NCBI GenBank assembly: GCA_963765895.1
Contig: CAVXZB010000084.1
Span: forward strand, 416,001 to 480,000
Direction of reading: 5' to 3'
DNA from: an uncultured Nitrososphaeraceae archaeon
Lineage (GTDB): Archaea; Thermoproteota; Nitrososphaeria; Nitrososphaerales; Nitrososphaeraceae
Length of the DNA: 64,000 nt
Below, one piece after another: positions 34,527 to 45,378 of this stretch; the stretch's first letter is position 1, and each line of letters begins with the position of its first letter. The translations under genes and the position numbers were made by a program. A model generated the notes under the pieces. The model made no database searches. It saw nothing but the letters and a program-made list of their open reading frames with translations, and had not been told where the DNA came from.

Positions 34527-34640
34527 CTAGAAGCCCTTACCCGGCTGAAGTATATACCAATGACATCCGTCTGGAAGCTGGCGGCTATCTCTTGCGTCAC
34601 TTACCCCATGATTAAAGCCATATTGATAATCAATATTGCA
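34527..34640 (-). pseudogene. remnant of an exported Y-x-x-G-[FY]-x-H-G-x-S-D-A repeat protein
   Basis: DYQYGFNHGVSDA...CHWYILQPGKGF* resembles a motif recalled from Nitrososphaera-type hypothetical exported proteins; no signal peptide remains. Confidence 0.4.
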
Positions 34641-34843
34641 AAGGTAGATGGAGCGCCTATCATTAGGAATGCTATGATTGCACTTAACATAATTGTCATT
34701 TTCATGCTTAGTATGTATCAAGCCTAAAACTAATTCTTATATAATGCATTATTTGGCACCTCATGATATACAGCATACATAAATTTTACCATCATCGTGG
34801 GACGGTCAGTCTATACCTAGGACTGTAGCGTTTTCGATAATAT

Positions 34844-34876
34844 TTATAACCCGGCATCCTACCTACCGGGTTATAA
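34844..34876. repeat. perfect 11-bp inverted repeat with 11-bp spacer
   Basis: TTATAACCCGG-catcctaccta-CCGGGTTATAA. Confidence 0.9.
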
Positions 34877-35465
34877 CGCTATTTCAGAGATAATTGTGCC
34901 AGATGGGTTAAAACGTCTGATGTGTTAAACCTATTGGGTATTAACAGAACTAAATATGTTAGCTCGCGTGGACTAGTTGCTACTATTATCTGTAGATATA
35001 ATTATATATTGTTTCAATTTGGTCCAAATAATCAAAAACCGGCTAAACCGGGGTAACAAGATATAGAATAAATATACGCTTTTTTGCGTACATACAATAA
35101 GACATGATTTTTTTGTATATAAGGACGTTCAATGGGCAATAATGAATCCAACAATAAATATAGCCATATCATTTGAATTATTGCCAAGGATATAATTGAT
35201 GAGAACTGTCTAATTATCAAGTCTGAACTGACCCGTGCAATACCTAGAAAAACCTTCGAAGACTATCTTCCATCTTTAGTATGATAGTGTATAAAGTAGA
35301 TGGCAAATTTTGAACGTAGTAGCATTCTCTTCCATTTCTGTAATTGATTTAACAGATTTGTTTCATAGCGCTATACCATATGGGATTTGAAGAAGCGAAT
35401 ATAGATGTAGATTTATCCTATTACATATTATAGTTTTAGGATCTTTTCAAAATTTTATCGTAGTC

Positions 35466-36047
35466 TTATTTTGAACATACAAGCAACTTAACATTTGATT
35501 GTGATGGAAAATAAGATGACCAATAATCAATTATTTTGCTAGCTCTTTTCATTTTTAGATTATAGGTCATTTCTTGAGTCATCTTATTGGAATTCGTAAT
35601 AAAACCTAAAATGAGTTTGAGTTCGTGGTCTGCATACTTTGAATAGAGATTTCTTGATGCCTGCTTTATAGGCTCAAAAATTGGCCCCATCTTAATCATT
35701 GCCTTGTCTAGAAGCGGATCTATAAATATCAGGCGTCGGTCATTCGGATCTCTCTTTCTCCTAACATATCCTGCTTTAGCCAAACGGTCTACAACACCTG
35801 TGATTGCACCGGTAGAAAGACCCGTCTCTTCAGCTAACTGACTAGCGGTCATAGGCATCCTAGTTCTGATGATAACATCTAGACATTTATGGTCAGTAGG
35901 ATTGAGCCCCAGACGTTCGCCAATAAGATGATGAAAAAGAACAGTTCTTGTGCTAAATTCACGTGATTGTTGATCCAGAGATTCTAAGAGGTTATGATGT
36001 GATAATGCGAGATTATCATCGGAATTAGTGGTGGTATTGTCTGACAC
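35466..36047 (-). CDS. MarR family transcriptional regulator
   Basis: LGLNPTDHKCLDVI, MTASQLAEETGLSTGAITGVVDRL.KAGYVRR.RDPNDRR. Confidence 0.93.
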   Translation of the reverse strand: MSDNTTTNSDDNLALSHHNLLESLDQQSREFSTRTVLFHHLIGERLGLNPTDHKCLDVIIRTRMPMTASQLAEETGLSTGAITGVVDRLAKAGYVRRKRDPNDRRLIFIDPLLDKAMIKMGPIFEPIKQASRNLYSKYADHELKLILGFITNSNKMTQEMTYNLKMKRASKIIDYWSSYFPSQSNVKLLVCSK

Positions 36048-36111
36048 TACTACCTAATACTAGTTTTGAAATATAAAATGTTTATGTTGTCTATCTATTA
36101 CCCTGATGACC

Positions 36112-36142
36112 TCTTAGCACATAAGATATTTATAGCGTAAGA
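36112..36142. promoter_or_regulatory. putative tandem MarR operators overlapping the TATA box of the ester cyclase gene
   Basis: TCTTA-gcaca-TAAGA (36112-36126) and ATTTA-tagcg-TAAGA (36128-36142). TTTATA at 36129-36134 lies about 23 bp before ATG 36157. Confidence 0.6.
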
Positions 36143-36156
36143 CGTGTGTAAATAAT

Positions 36157-36720
36157 ATGGCCGTAGAAAAAAGAGGACAAATGAAATAGAACTAATAGAA
36201 AAAGAAAATATGAGAATTGTTAGGCTCGCAAATCAAGCCTTCAATACCGGAGATTTAAGCAAGGTTCACGAATTTATAAGTCCAGATTACGTTAATCGTG
36301 TATCACAGGGATTTGCAGAAGTAGAAGGCATATCAAGTCTTCCAAATGAATTTAGAGATATTATAAAATATAGATCAGGTCTGAAGGGTCCTGAAGAGTT
36401 TATGGATACTGTCAAATCGTTACGAAACGCATTTAGTGATCTTCATTATGCAGAGCAGGAAATCATTGCCTCTAGAGAGAGTTATTACTCTTGTAAATGT
36501 TAGTGGCAAACATGTAGGTGATTTTTTTGGCATCCCTCCGCCAGGACGCAACTTCAATTATGAAGCAATGCATATGTTCAGGATTCTTGATAATAAGATA
36601 GTAGAACATAGAGCAATTCATGATGATCTTAGTTTTATGATGCAGCTGGATTTGGTTCGCCCTACATCCCAAGAGTATGAACATCTCTCTCAAGCTTGGA
36701 AGGGTTGCAAGTGCAGGTAG
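36157..36720 (+). CDS. SnoaL-like ester cyclase (NTF2 fold), frameshifted
   Basis: AFNTGDL..VHEFISPDYVN, GPEEF...LRNAFSDL, then GKHVGDFFGIPP.GR...MHMFRI.D.KIVEH..IHD.LSFM.QL. Shifts near 36170 and 36475. Confidence 0.85.
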
Positions 36721-36914
36721 AGAAGATCTCGTGGAAATAATTTCTATTTAGATTAAGAGACCGACTGCTACTCAAAAATAAATAAATAAATTAATAAATA
36801 AGTTACCAAAAGGATAACTGGCTCGGTTTCTATATAGATAATGAGCATTATGTTATACTCCTTAACTTTAGTATTAAATCCCGTCCAGATCCTGTCCATT
36901 TATTTTTTTAATTT

Positions 36915-37127
36915 TCAGCCAATTAAATTAAGTATTGGTGTATGTATTATAGGTTCTACTTTTAAGAATTTGATTGCAGGAATATCATCACCAGCTTTCT
37001 TGCTTTCTATCTTTACGCATTTTATACATAGATACTTAGTCAGCACCTCAGAGTCATTAAAGTATTCAATTGCAAGTTTATAGTAGGCATCTACATTACA
37101 ATGTTCACACGTTACAGTTCTTTCCAA
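36915..37127 (-). CDS. small CxxC...CxxC zinc-binding protein
   Basis: CEHC and CIKC pairs in a 70-aa ORF. Confidence 0.55.
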   Translation of the reverse strand: MERTVTCEHCNVDAYYKLAIEYFNDSEVLTKYLCIKCVKIESKKAGDDIPAIKFLKVEPIIHTPILNLIG

Positions 37128-37486
37128 CTACTAGGCTTATTCTTATAGCATACGATATCAAACACAGAGGTTATTTTTACTTGACAATTTGGTGAGAATA
37201 TACATAGTGGGACTGAAGGAAAAAAAATAAATAGGAAGAATGTTGATTACGATGGTAAACTATAACAAAAGTCCATTACCAGTAGAAGTGTTTATCCAAC
37301 GAAACATGGTGGGCAGTAAAAAACAAAAATACTGCAAGTACAATCTTTCGCACTCTCAAAAATCCTAATAACTATTTGGTATAGATAAAAATGTAGGAGC
37401 CTAATGAGAATAGTCGTAATCGTAAGGAAACAGTAACTTAATCCGAGCATGGGCATTCCATCTGGATATTTAAATTATCTACGCTA

Positions 37487-38065
37487 TTATGGAGCAAACC
37501 TTTTGATGGACAAGGAATTACTAAATACCGTCAAATCACCTATGACCCATCCTAATGCTGCTAACGCTGGAGTTAGTACTAGAGAATTTGTGAGACCATA
37601 TAACAATCCAGCAGCAATTGATATTGTTACAACGTTATAAGTAAAAGACATGGCTAATTCTGTTTTATTTTCCTAAATGAATATTGTCCTAACTTTAAGG
37701 CATAAAGAACATGCTTCAGGTCATTTTTATAAGTATTATATGTCCAGCAGACACGGCAATGTTTGTTCCGGAAGCAATAGCTATCCCCAACGTCGGGCCT
37801 ATGTTAGTACAGGAGCATCATTTATACCGTCATCGATCATGACGACTTTTTTACCTTAATTAATTTGCAGATTCTTTATTTCTAAAGCTTTTGCAATAGG
37901 TGAGACATGAGACCTGAAACATGACCTTTTCTATACCAAGTTTCTTGGCGATTGAATTGACTGTTCTCTTATTATCTCCATTGATAAGTATGATTTTCTT
38001 TTTTATATTCTTGAAATTTCTCCCTTTTTATATCATGCTCTTGTTCGCTTCAGGCCTTTGAGGAT
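37487..38065 (-). pseudogene. copA: P1B-type heavy-metal (CopA-like) ATPase, C-terminal remnant
   Basis: Manual translation: IILINGDNKRTVNSIAKKLGI, GKKVVMIDDGINDAPVLT*, IAIASGT, KIKQ-LAMSFTYN..ISIAAG...LTPALAA...NSLSIKRF*. Stops and frameshifts are present and the N-terminal two thirds are missing. Confidence 0.85.
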
Positions 38066-38075
38066 CAAAATAGGT

Positions 38076-38645
38076 TTATTTATCCTTGTTTTGATTATCG
38101 ACCTTATAGTCTAAAATACAACTCTTACTCAATTTATTACTTATTGAATATAGTGCCCATATCAAAAGGGCTATCGAAAAAATTCGTAAAGGTGTCTGAT
38201 AATTAGTTAGAAAGGCTGATGCAGTTATTCCTATCCCTCCAAATGTAGAAACTAGAAGTGACCCCAACGAGGAACAACTAGCACAAGTGCTTGAAAGCAC
38301 ACTTAAAGTCGACCCTGAAAAAAGTGATTTAATATTTATCTTCAAACCTTTTGAATGTCTTAGCACATATACATTCATACCTACAACAATACCCAAAATG
38401 ACTGTAGTTATAGTAGAGAGAATAAATCCTGTTACTGCATCATCTGGTAGGTAAAATACAAATACAGGCGTAAAAAAGAGCAGTTGATCAAAAATACTAA
38501 ATATGATCCAGAATATTATAGATATAACTCCTGCTATAACAACATACTGCCAATTTGCGAAGACCATTCTTACAGAGGTCGAAATAGTAAGAGGAGGTCG
38601 CGACCCTGATTTCAGTAATGAAGTTATTTTATTATCCCTTTTCAA
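38076..38645 (-). CDS. membrane protein with a CxxC motif, downstream of dsbA
   Basis: About four hydrophobic segments and STCASCSS. Starts 20 bp after the dsbA stop on the same strand. Confidence 0.8.
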   Translation of the reverse strand: MKRDNKITSLLKSGSRPPLTISTSVRMVFANWQYVVIAGVISIIFWIIFSIFDQLLFFTPVFVFYLPDDAVTGFILSTITTVILGIVVGMNVYVLRHSKGLKINIKSLFSGSTLSVLSSTCASCSSLGSLLVSTFGGIGITASAFLTNYQTPLRIFSIALLIWALYSISNKLSKSCILDYKVDNQNKDK

Positions 38646-38665
38646 ATTGCTTTGAATCCACTTAT

Positions 38666-39463
38666 TTATTCATTTAATTTCTTATCGATTACTGCCTGGA
38701 ATGAAGGGAAAGGATATGCTCCTAGTAACATCTCTCTACTTGAACCATCTTTCCTTTCTATTACAAAACTAGGCGTGCCTTGAAATCCTGAAGATATGGC
38801 TAGAGTATTATCCTTATCTACAAATGATTTATACTTATTATTATCAAGACATGAACTAAACTTTTGAATGTTCAAGCCAGGTATTTGTAGTGCAAACTTT
38901 TTCATACCGTTTGTATTAGCCCAGCCAGAGTTTTCAGCTCCTTGATTTTTATAGAGGATCTGATAAAAAATCCAAAATTTACCTTGGTCATTAGTGCATT
39001 GGGCTGCCATGGCGGCAGTGTTTGAATCTGGCCCGTGGGTTACAAAATTTTTGAAAATCATGTTTGCTTTACCTGTTTGAATGTAAGTCGCATTTATCTT
39101 TGGTTCAGTTACTTTAGCAAACCTATCACAAAATTCGCATTGAAAGTCGCCAAATTCAACTATTGTGAGTGGTGCTGCTGGATTTCCTTGTAATGGAGAG
39201 CCTGATCGGATTAAACTTTGTGGTGATAAATTGATTGCGATTTTTTCTGATTGTTTAGTCACTTGCTTGCCTTGTTCAGGACGTACTGGAGAAAAGCCAT
39301 TTTGGATAGTGCCACTTTCAACCCTCTCATGTGCTCTTTCTGCAGCCTTTGCTATATGAATTATAGTTTCAAGAGGATATGATGATGATTGCACGTACGC
39401 CAACGCTAAAGATAATAGGATTAATGCCAATGAGACATGCAAAAATGCTATTTTATTTTTCAT
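38666..39463 (-). CDS. dsbA: DsbA/BdbD family thiol-disulfide oxidoreductase, exported
   Basis: GNPAAPLTIVEFGDFQCEFC, AAQC..DQGKFW and cis-Pro loop GTPSF, with an N-terminal signal anchor. Confidence 0.92.
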   Translation of the reverse strand: MKNKIAFLHVSLALILLSLALAYVQSSSYPLETIIHIAKAAERAHERVESGTIQNGFSPVRPEQGKQVTKQSEKIAINLSPQSLIRSGSPLQGNPAAPLTIVEFGDFQCEFCDRFAKVTEPKINATYIQTGKANMIFKNFVTHGPDSNTAAMAAQCTNDQGKFWIFYQILYKNQGAENSGWANTNGMKKFALQIPGLNIQKFSSCLDNNKYKSFVDKDNTLAISSGFQGTPSFVIERKDGSSREMLLGAYPFPSFQAVIDKKLNE

Positions 39464-40004
39464 ATATCTAGATCAATTCACTTAGCACAAAAAAATCTTT
39501 ACATTGTTATTGGGTTGATTGCGGCCCTTGCAGTACTTTCAATGTTAAATATACTTGTGGCGTCAGATTATTTTTCTACTTCAAGCGAGCAAGTAGATAA
39601 AATAGTTGACCTTAGATTATTGGCCGTTTTAATAGTTGTATTGATACCATTGGTTTTTATCTTTACTGAGATCAAGAAATGTTCTTGATAGATGGGCTGA
39701 TATGTTTGAAAGAAATACATTAATAGCTACCATGGGTATTGGTATGACAGCAAGAGCTAAAGAAGAAGCAATCTTTGGTTGTCGCGATCTATACAAGAGA
39801 TTGGCAAACTACTACAAGAATATATGATTCAAAAATAATCTTAATGAATTTCTGAATGTATCCATACGTGATGCCGACCATCTGGTACTTGATGTCATAT
39901 TAGATTCGGATCACGTATTGAATGATGGTAAGTAGTCCAAGCAACAATCTTAGAGTTCTAAAGGAATATTGAAATTCATCACGGTATTGCATATGATATC
40001 AATG

Positions 40005-40301
40005 TTATTCATAAACTGGAGAATGACCTTGTTTTGATTGTATATATCTTCCTTTTGACTTAAATCGGAAATCAGTTTTATCTAACTTATTCTTATTTCT
40101 AACATCATTTAACTTTTTAATATCCTTACAATTTTTCTCATCCAAATTGTTGGTGGAGATATATCTAGCGTAAACATCTTCAACAAATGTAAATTCCCGT
40201 GTTGGAGATTCTACGATTTTTATTTCTCCGTTTACTTTCCATTTTCCTTTATCTATTTTTTTGTTTTTTCCCACTTTTTCTAAATCCCTCTTGTGATGCA
40301 A
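40005..40301 (-). CDS. hypothetical protein, probably frameshifted at the 5' end
   Basis: 98-aa Lys-rich ORF; another frame is open upstream to about 40405. No family recognised. Confidence 0.3.
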   Translation of the reverse strand: MHHKRDLEKVGKNKKIDKGKWKVNGEIKIVESPTREFTFVEDVYARYISTNNLDEKNCKDIKKLNDVRNKNKLDKTDFRFKSKGRYIQSKQGHSPVYE

Positions 40302-40863
40302 TACTATACAACCTGCAATGAATTAGGATGAATGTAACATGATAAATCTAAATCACAATTTATCAGAACAATGATAGCAGCGTATGCTACATTCATAGTA
40401 TCCATTTAATATAAAAGTTCAAGGAAGGTATCCGAAAGTATGCACATATGCACATATACGACTGTAAAAAATTGAATTTAAGGATTGCCATAAAAGATTC
40501 AATGCATTAACCTTATCACTATTCCTAGCCTATCAGATCTGGCAAGATCTCTCACGGCCGTTATTACATAACTAACTCGAATAAGCTATTGTTTACATGT
40601 AGCAGTTTAAACAACCATGAGTTCTTTCAGAGATAAATCCTTCAAATTCCTCAGTTTAAATAAACTTTCTTCTCAATAAGATTCTTTATACGAACATCTA
40701 GATAGACTAGTATAATCATGGATAATATCAGTCAAAGCCCATTTGTCGGAAAATAGGTTGGATATTGAGCTGTTATATTCCTGTCAAGACTTTACCATAC
40801 TTATATTTGATTAAATGTTTCATACGATATTTGAATCAGGCTTAACTCTACTCATCCACGCTT

Positions 40864-41505
40864 TCATATATCCACTGTATGCACTAATCCATGCAATGTT
40901 ATAATCCTGCTATACTTTATTACCGAAATGAATAGATTGTTATTATTATCATTGCTGAGTAACCTAAAATGAGATCCTCTATTCTCATTATCATAGAATC
41001 CAACTGATTCATGTAAATGATCTTGTTTTTCATATTCCTTGTTAACATAAGTAATATCGTCAGTTTTTACATCCTGGGTCGGTATTATTACGTCCTTTTC
41101 TATTAATTCCCTTGCGCTAAGATCTCTTTCTTGTAAGACCGAATCCACCATTGTAGGAAAGGTGGTGGGATCAGGATTTGAGTTGGAACTAGTTTCAGGA
41201 TCGGTATTTTTAATGCCACCATTGATACTTGTAGATATAGAATCTAGCCTGCTGTTTTCTTCCACATGCGAGAAAATCTTAGCCATCTCATCTAATCCCA
41301 TATCAGCTACTTCTTTCATTTCCGAAATAGCATTATCACTCGATGAATCAAATACCTCTGTTTGAGGTGTTGTTGATAATGATGAAGATGACGCAGGCAG
41401 TGATGAAGATGGTGCTGTGACTGCTACTAGTGATGACGAATTTTTCTTCCTTTTGATCCATTGTCTTAGTTTTAAGTTCTTTTCATCTCCCAATTCTATA
41501 CTCAT
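40864..41505 (-). CDS. hypothetical Ser/Asp/Asn-rich low-complexity protein
   Basis: 213-aa ORF downstream of, and co-oriented with, the receiver genes. Confidence 0.5.
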   Translation of the reverse strand: MSIELGDEKNLKLRQWIKRKKNSSSLVAVTAPSSSLPASSSSLSTTPQTEVFDSSSDNAISEMKEVADMGLDEMAKIFSHVEENSRLDSISTSINGGIKNTDPETSSNSNPDPTTFPTMVDSVLQERDLSARELIEKDVIIPTQDVKTDDITYVNKEYEKQDHLHESVGFYDNENRGSHFRLLSNDNNNNLFISVIKYSRIITLHGLVHTVDI

Positions 41506-41659
41506 ATCTATATTTTGATTACTATTCTTATTATCCGTTTGATTGTCAGAACTACTTATTGAAATTGTTTAGTGGTTGACTTGATTGGCTTGTAAGCAAT
41601 AGTTTTGGAGATCCGATTGATCTTCAGATCTATATTCGGCATGGCCTTCATTGAGAATC

Positions 41660-42064
41660 TTACGTTAGCTCTTTCTTTACATTTCTTATCAAATCTTCGA
41701 TGGTTAAGGGCTTTGGGATAAAGCATTTCACTTCATTGAGAATCTCTTTTGTTGGATTTCTTAGGCTCTCGTTATGTAATTCAGATGCAGTCAAAAAACA
41801 CACCTTAACTTTATTGTCTAATTTCCTTATTTCTTTATACAATTCATATCCATTCATTTTAGGCATATTAATATCAAGTATTACCAAAGAATAGTAATTT
41901 GGCTTAAAATTAGAGAGTGCCAATATTGGGTCAGTAAAAGCATCAACCCCATATCCTTCATCTTCTAGACCCATACTTAAGACTGAGATATTATCATACT
42001 CGTTGTCGACAAGTAATAGTCTCGTCGTCGTCGTTGCACTATTATTGTGGCTCACTACTATCAT
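41660..42064 (-). CDS. stand-alone response regulator receiver protein
   Basis: LLLVDNE, ILDINMPKMNGYEL, CFLTA and FIPKP. Confidence 0.92.
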   Translation of the reverse strand: MIVVSHNNSATTTTRLLLVDNEYDNISVLSMGLEDEGYGVDAFTDPILALSNFKPNYYSLVILDINMPKMNGYELYKEIRKLDNKVKVCFLTASELHNESLRNPTKEILNEVKCFIPKPLTIEDLIRNVKKELT

Positions 42065-42128
42065 TTACATTAATAGCAATAATAATGATACTATTGCTAC
42101 TTAACGTTACTCCCGTTACTGGTATCAA

Positions 42129-42587
42129 TTATGAATTCAATTCTTCCTTTATTCGTTTTACTAACTCGTCTAGGTCAATAGGTTTTTGAATAATGCATTT
42201 TACGTCTGAGTCTTCTTTTCCTTCTTGACGCATTGAATCCGAACTACCCTGGAATTCTTTTTTGATATCTCCATGATATACATCAAATGCTGTGATAAAA
42301 CATACCTTAACTTTGGTATCTACCTTCCTTATCTCTTGATATAACTCAAATCCATTCATCTTTGGCATTTTATAGTCTATAAGAACTAGATTGTAGATGC
42401 CGCTCTTGAAATCAGATAATGCTTGTAAGGGATCATTAAATGCATCAACTTTAAAACCATTATCTTGAAGACCCATAGTATAAACCATTGTGATATCAAC
42501 TTCATCGTCTACTAATAGAATTCTATTATTATCATCATCTTTATTGTTATTATTACCGTTGTTATTATAATTGTCCATATTACTCAT
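42129..42587 (-). CDS. stand-alone response regulator receiver protein
   Basis: ILLVDDE, LIDYKMPKMNGFEL, CFITA and IQKP; Asn-rich N-terminus. Confidence 0.93.
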   Translation of the reverse strand: MSNMDNYNNNGNNNNKDDDNNRILLVDDEVDITMVYTMGLQDNGFKVDAFNDPLQALSDFKSGIYNLVLIDYKMPKMNGFELYQEIRKVDTKVKVCFITAFDVYHGDIKKEFQGSSDSMRQEGKEDSDVKCIIQKPIDLDELVKRIKEELNS

Positions 42588-42595
42588 GGTTCTTC

Positions 42596-44443
42596 TTAAT
42601 GTGTTACTTTGTCTCCTGACTTACTCAAGAATATATTAAAGGTAAAGGTGGCTCCCATACTCTTACCATTTCCATCTAGAGAAGGATTGTTCAAAGCCCA
42701 AATCTTGCCTCCATGGGCTTCAATGATGCTCTTTGAGATGAATAATCCTAATCCGGTGCCTGCATTAGATTTCGCAACAAATTTTGTAAACAGCCTAGTC
42801 ATTATTTCAGGATCTATTCCCGACCCCGTATCCTTTACACTTACTAAAGCCTTATTATCTTGTTCTTTTTCTATTTCTGCTTTAATTGTTATACTACCGT
42901 GCGTAGTGAACTTGACTGCATTGCCTACTAAATTAGAAATAACTTGGGTTAAACGGTTCTTATCCCCTTCTATCCGAATAACCTTGTTCTGTCCTTCATG
43001 GATTAACTTGACATCGCTATCAGATCTTTCAATTTCGTTTCTATAGTCGTGTACTATGTCTGATATTACTTCATTGAGATTGAATGTCTCTAAATTGAGT
43101 CGTAATGAGCCGCTTTCGATTCGAGTAACATCCAGTATATCACTTGTTAATCTTTGAAGTCTTGATGCATTTCTAGATATCGCCTGTATCATTTCATCTC
43201 TTTTTTCAGGATGTCGTTGTATTAGTTTAGAGTAACCAAGAATTGCTTGAGTAGGCGTCTTCATTTCATGGCTTGCTATATTGATAAATTCATTTTGCAT
43301 TTTATCATGGATTTTCAATTGCTGGTTAGCTAGTGCAAGCTGTTTGTTAGATAGGGCAAGCTGTTGGTTTGATTCAGCTAGAGAATCATTTGCCGTTTTT
43401 AACTCACCTGTTCTTACTTTTACAATTGTCTCCAATCTCTTATTCCATGAAAAAACTAGAAATGCAATAATAAATGCTACTCCTCCAATTACTGTCACCA
43501 TCAATACTGTAAAATATTGCTGCTGAATAATTAGAGCACCTACATCACTTGCAACGTTATGCTGTGCACTAATATATAAAATCAGAAAATCCTTACCATT
43601 AACTGCGACAGGCTGGTATGCAATTGTATTTACTTTACCGTTAATAGGAATATCTTTTGAGCCAGTATTTCCATGCAATGAATTTCTTATCAAGTCATTT
43701 AGGAGATTCTTTGAATCAGAAGAATGTAATGAAGACGCGAGCAGAGATTGAAATTTATCTCCAAAAATGTTTTCGCCAGCATATTGCTGGGTACCAGTAG
43801 TGTAAAGAATTGTTCCTTTTCTATCTAGTAGCCCGATAGTGCTATTAAATTGCGGATATAATTGATCTTTTAAAAAATTGCCTAAGGTTCCTAGTCTAAT
43901 CGAAGTAACCACTACACCTGTAAGTATGCCTTTGCCGTGGTTGTTACCGGTGCCTGTCTTGTTAAGGACTGGGTATGATATGTATAATCTTGGAATTTTG
44001 TCATTTGATTCTATTAAACTGCTGTAGTATACTGTGTGAGTTTGTTTTGGTATAGTAAAGTATGGCCTGTAACTTAGGTCTGCACCTTTATATTTTTGAT
44101 ATGCATTTTGATTAATATTACTTATCCAATTTATCTTGCCATCTTTATTAAGCCACATGTAAAAGTCAGTAAAATCACTTGAAGAGTTCTGTCTAGTGTT
44201 AATGACAGTATCAGCTCGTTTGTATTCATTATTGTGAATGGCAGGAGAATCAGCAAGTGTTTGTAATAGAGCACCAACAGTTTGCAACTTGTTTGTTAAT
44301 ATTTGTGATATGTCGTGTGCTTCAATCCTTGTGTTTGATCTTACTTCACCTGAAGCAATATCAACTATCCTGTTAGAAGTAAGAACTGAATATTGATATG
44401 AAAAAATTGATATACCTAGTACAACAGCAGCAACGCTGGCCAT
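42596..44443 (-). CDS. membrane sensor histidine kinase (TM-Cache-TM-HisKA-HATPase)
   Basis: DLSYRPYF Cache motif, ASHEMKTP, NLVGNAVKF, DTGSGI and GTGLGL. Confidence 0.95.
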   Translation of the reverse strand: MASVAAVVLGISIFSYQYSVLTSNRIVDIASGEVRSNTRIEAHDISQILTNKLQTVGALLQTLADSPAIHNNEYKRADTVINTRQNSSSDFTDFYMWLNKDGKINWISNINQNAYQKYKGADLSYRPYFTIPKQTHTVYYSSLIESNDKIPRLYISYPVLNKTGTGNNHGKGILTGVVVTSIRLGTLGNFLKDQLYPQFNSTIGLLDRKGTILYTTGTQQYAGENIFGDKFQSLLASSLHSSDSKNLLNDLIRNSLHGNTGSKDIPINGKVNTIAYQPVAVNGKDFLILYISAQHNVASDVGALIIQQQYFTVLMVTVIGGVAFIIAFLVFSWNKRLETIVKVRTGELKTANDSLAESNQQLALSNKQLALANQQLKIHDKMQNEFINIASHEMKTPTQAILGYSKLIQRHPEKRDEMIQAISRNASRLQRLTSDILDVTRIESGSLRLNLETFNLNEVISDIVHDYRNEIERSDSDVKLIHEGQNKVIRIEGDKNRLTQVISNLVGNAVKFTTHGSITIKAEIEKEQDNKALVSVKDTGSGIDPEIMTRLFTKFVAKSNAGTGLGLFISKSIIEAHGGKIWALNNPSLDGNGKSMGATFTFNIFLSKSGDKVTH

Positions 44444-44529
44444 TATAATAATATTAGTTTTACCAGTATGCCATTTTTTAATGGAAAGCCACTCCTTTAT
44501 TCATCCAATCTCAGTCAGATTAATAATAA

Positions 44530-44907
44530 TTATTCCCGCCTGCCATACAATACTGTGTCCATATGTTCTAAGAGCTCTTCATTTGTTATAGGCTTCCGAA
44601 TAAAACAGTTAACAGGAAGAGAAGAAAATATATCAGAATATGACCCATAATACATTTCTCCAGCTGTAAGAAAGCATACTTTCATCTTATCATCACGTTT
44701 CTTAATCTCTCTATAAAAAGAAAAACCACTCATTTCTGGCATCTTGATGTCAAGAATTAATAGATCATAGAAATTGGGTTTGAAGTTCTCTAAAGCAAGG
44801 AAAGGATTCTCGTATGAATCAACAATGAAACCATTTTGTTCTAATATCTCATGCAATGCGGTATTGGTGTCAGCCTCATCATCGACTACTAGAATTCTTT
44901 TTGACAT
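44530..44907 (-). CDS. stand-alone response regulator receiver protein
   Basis: ILVVDDE, ILDIKMPEMSG, CFLTA and FIRKP. Confidence 0.93.
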   Translation of the reverse strand: MSKRILVVDDEADTNTALHEILEQNGFIVDSYENPFLALENFKPNFYDLLILDIKMPEMSGFSFYREIKKRDDKMKVCFLTAGEMYYGSYSDIFSSLPVNCFIRKPITNEELLEHMDTVLYGRRE

Positions 44908-45378
44908 TTTGTTTATAATTTCCCTTTTAGTTTTACAATTGCTTCTTCATTTCGACATTATTATTGAATTACATGATGTTTATTTTTGCTATGTACTCGC
45001 AAGAGCTGACTTTAGCGGCCTATATATGCAAGCTTTTATCTTCATGTCTGGTATATTGCAAGCTGTAAAGTGCCAAGCAGTCTCAAGTCCAAATACAGCT
45101 ATTATAAATCCTATTGCTGGATATATCGAATACTCAAACACAAAAGTCCATTATGTATTGTGCTTATTTTACTTTAGTAGACAATAATTTTGATAAATAA
45201 TAAACATTCTTTATATGCTGGGTGTAACAAAACAGGCCCATTGTATCAAGCTTGCAACTCGTATTCCAAGATTAGATTGAGTTGATTTATTCAATTGTGA
45301 ATTAATCCTCAGTCGTATCTAAATCTCATCTATTTTAATCAGTAGGTTTGCCTGGTCCGATTAACAAGTGCAATCTAA

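Noticed and set aside
28700-35400. Gene-poor AT-rich stretch considered as a replication origin or CRISPR locus
   Set aside because: No ORB-like boxes, cdc6 gene, regularly spaced repeats or cas genes are visible.
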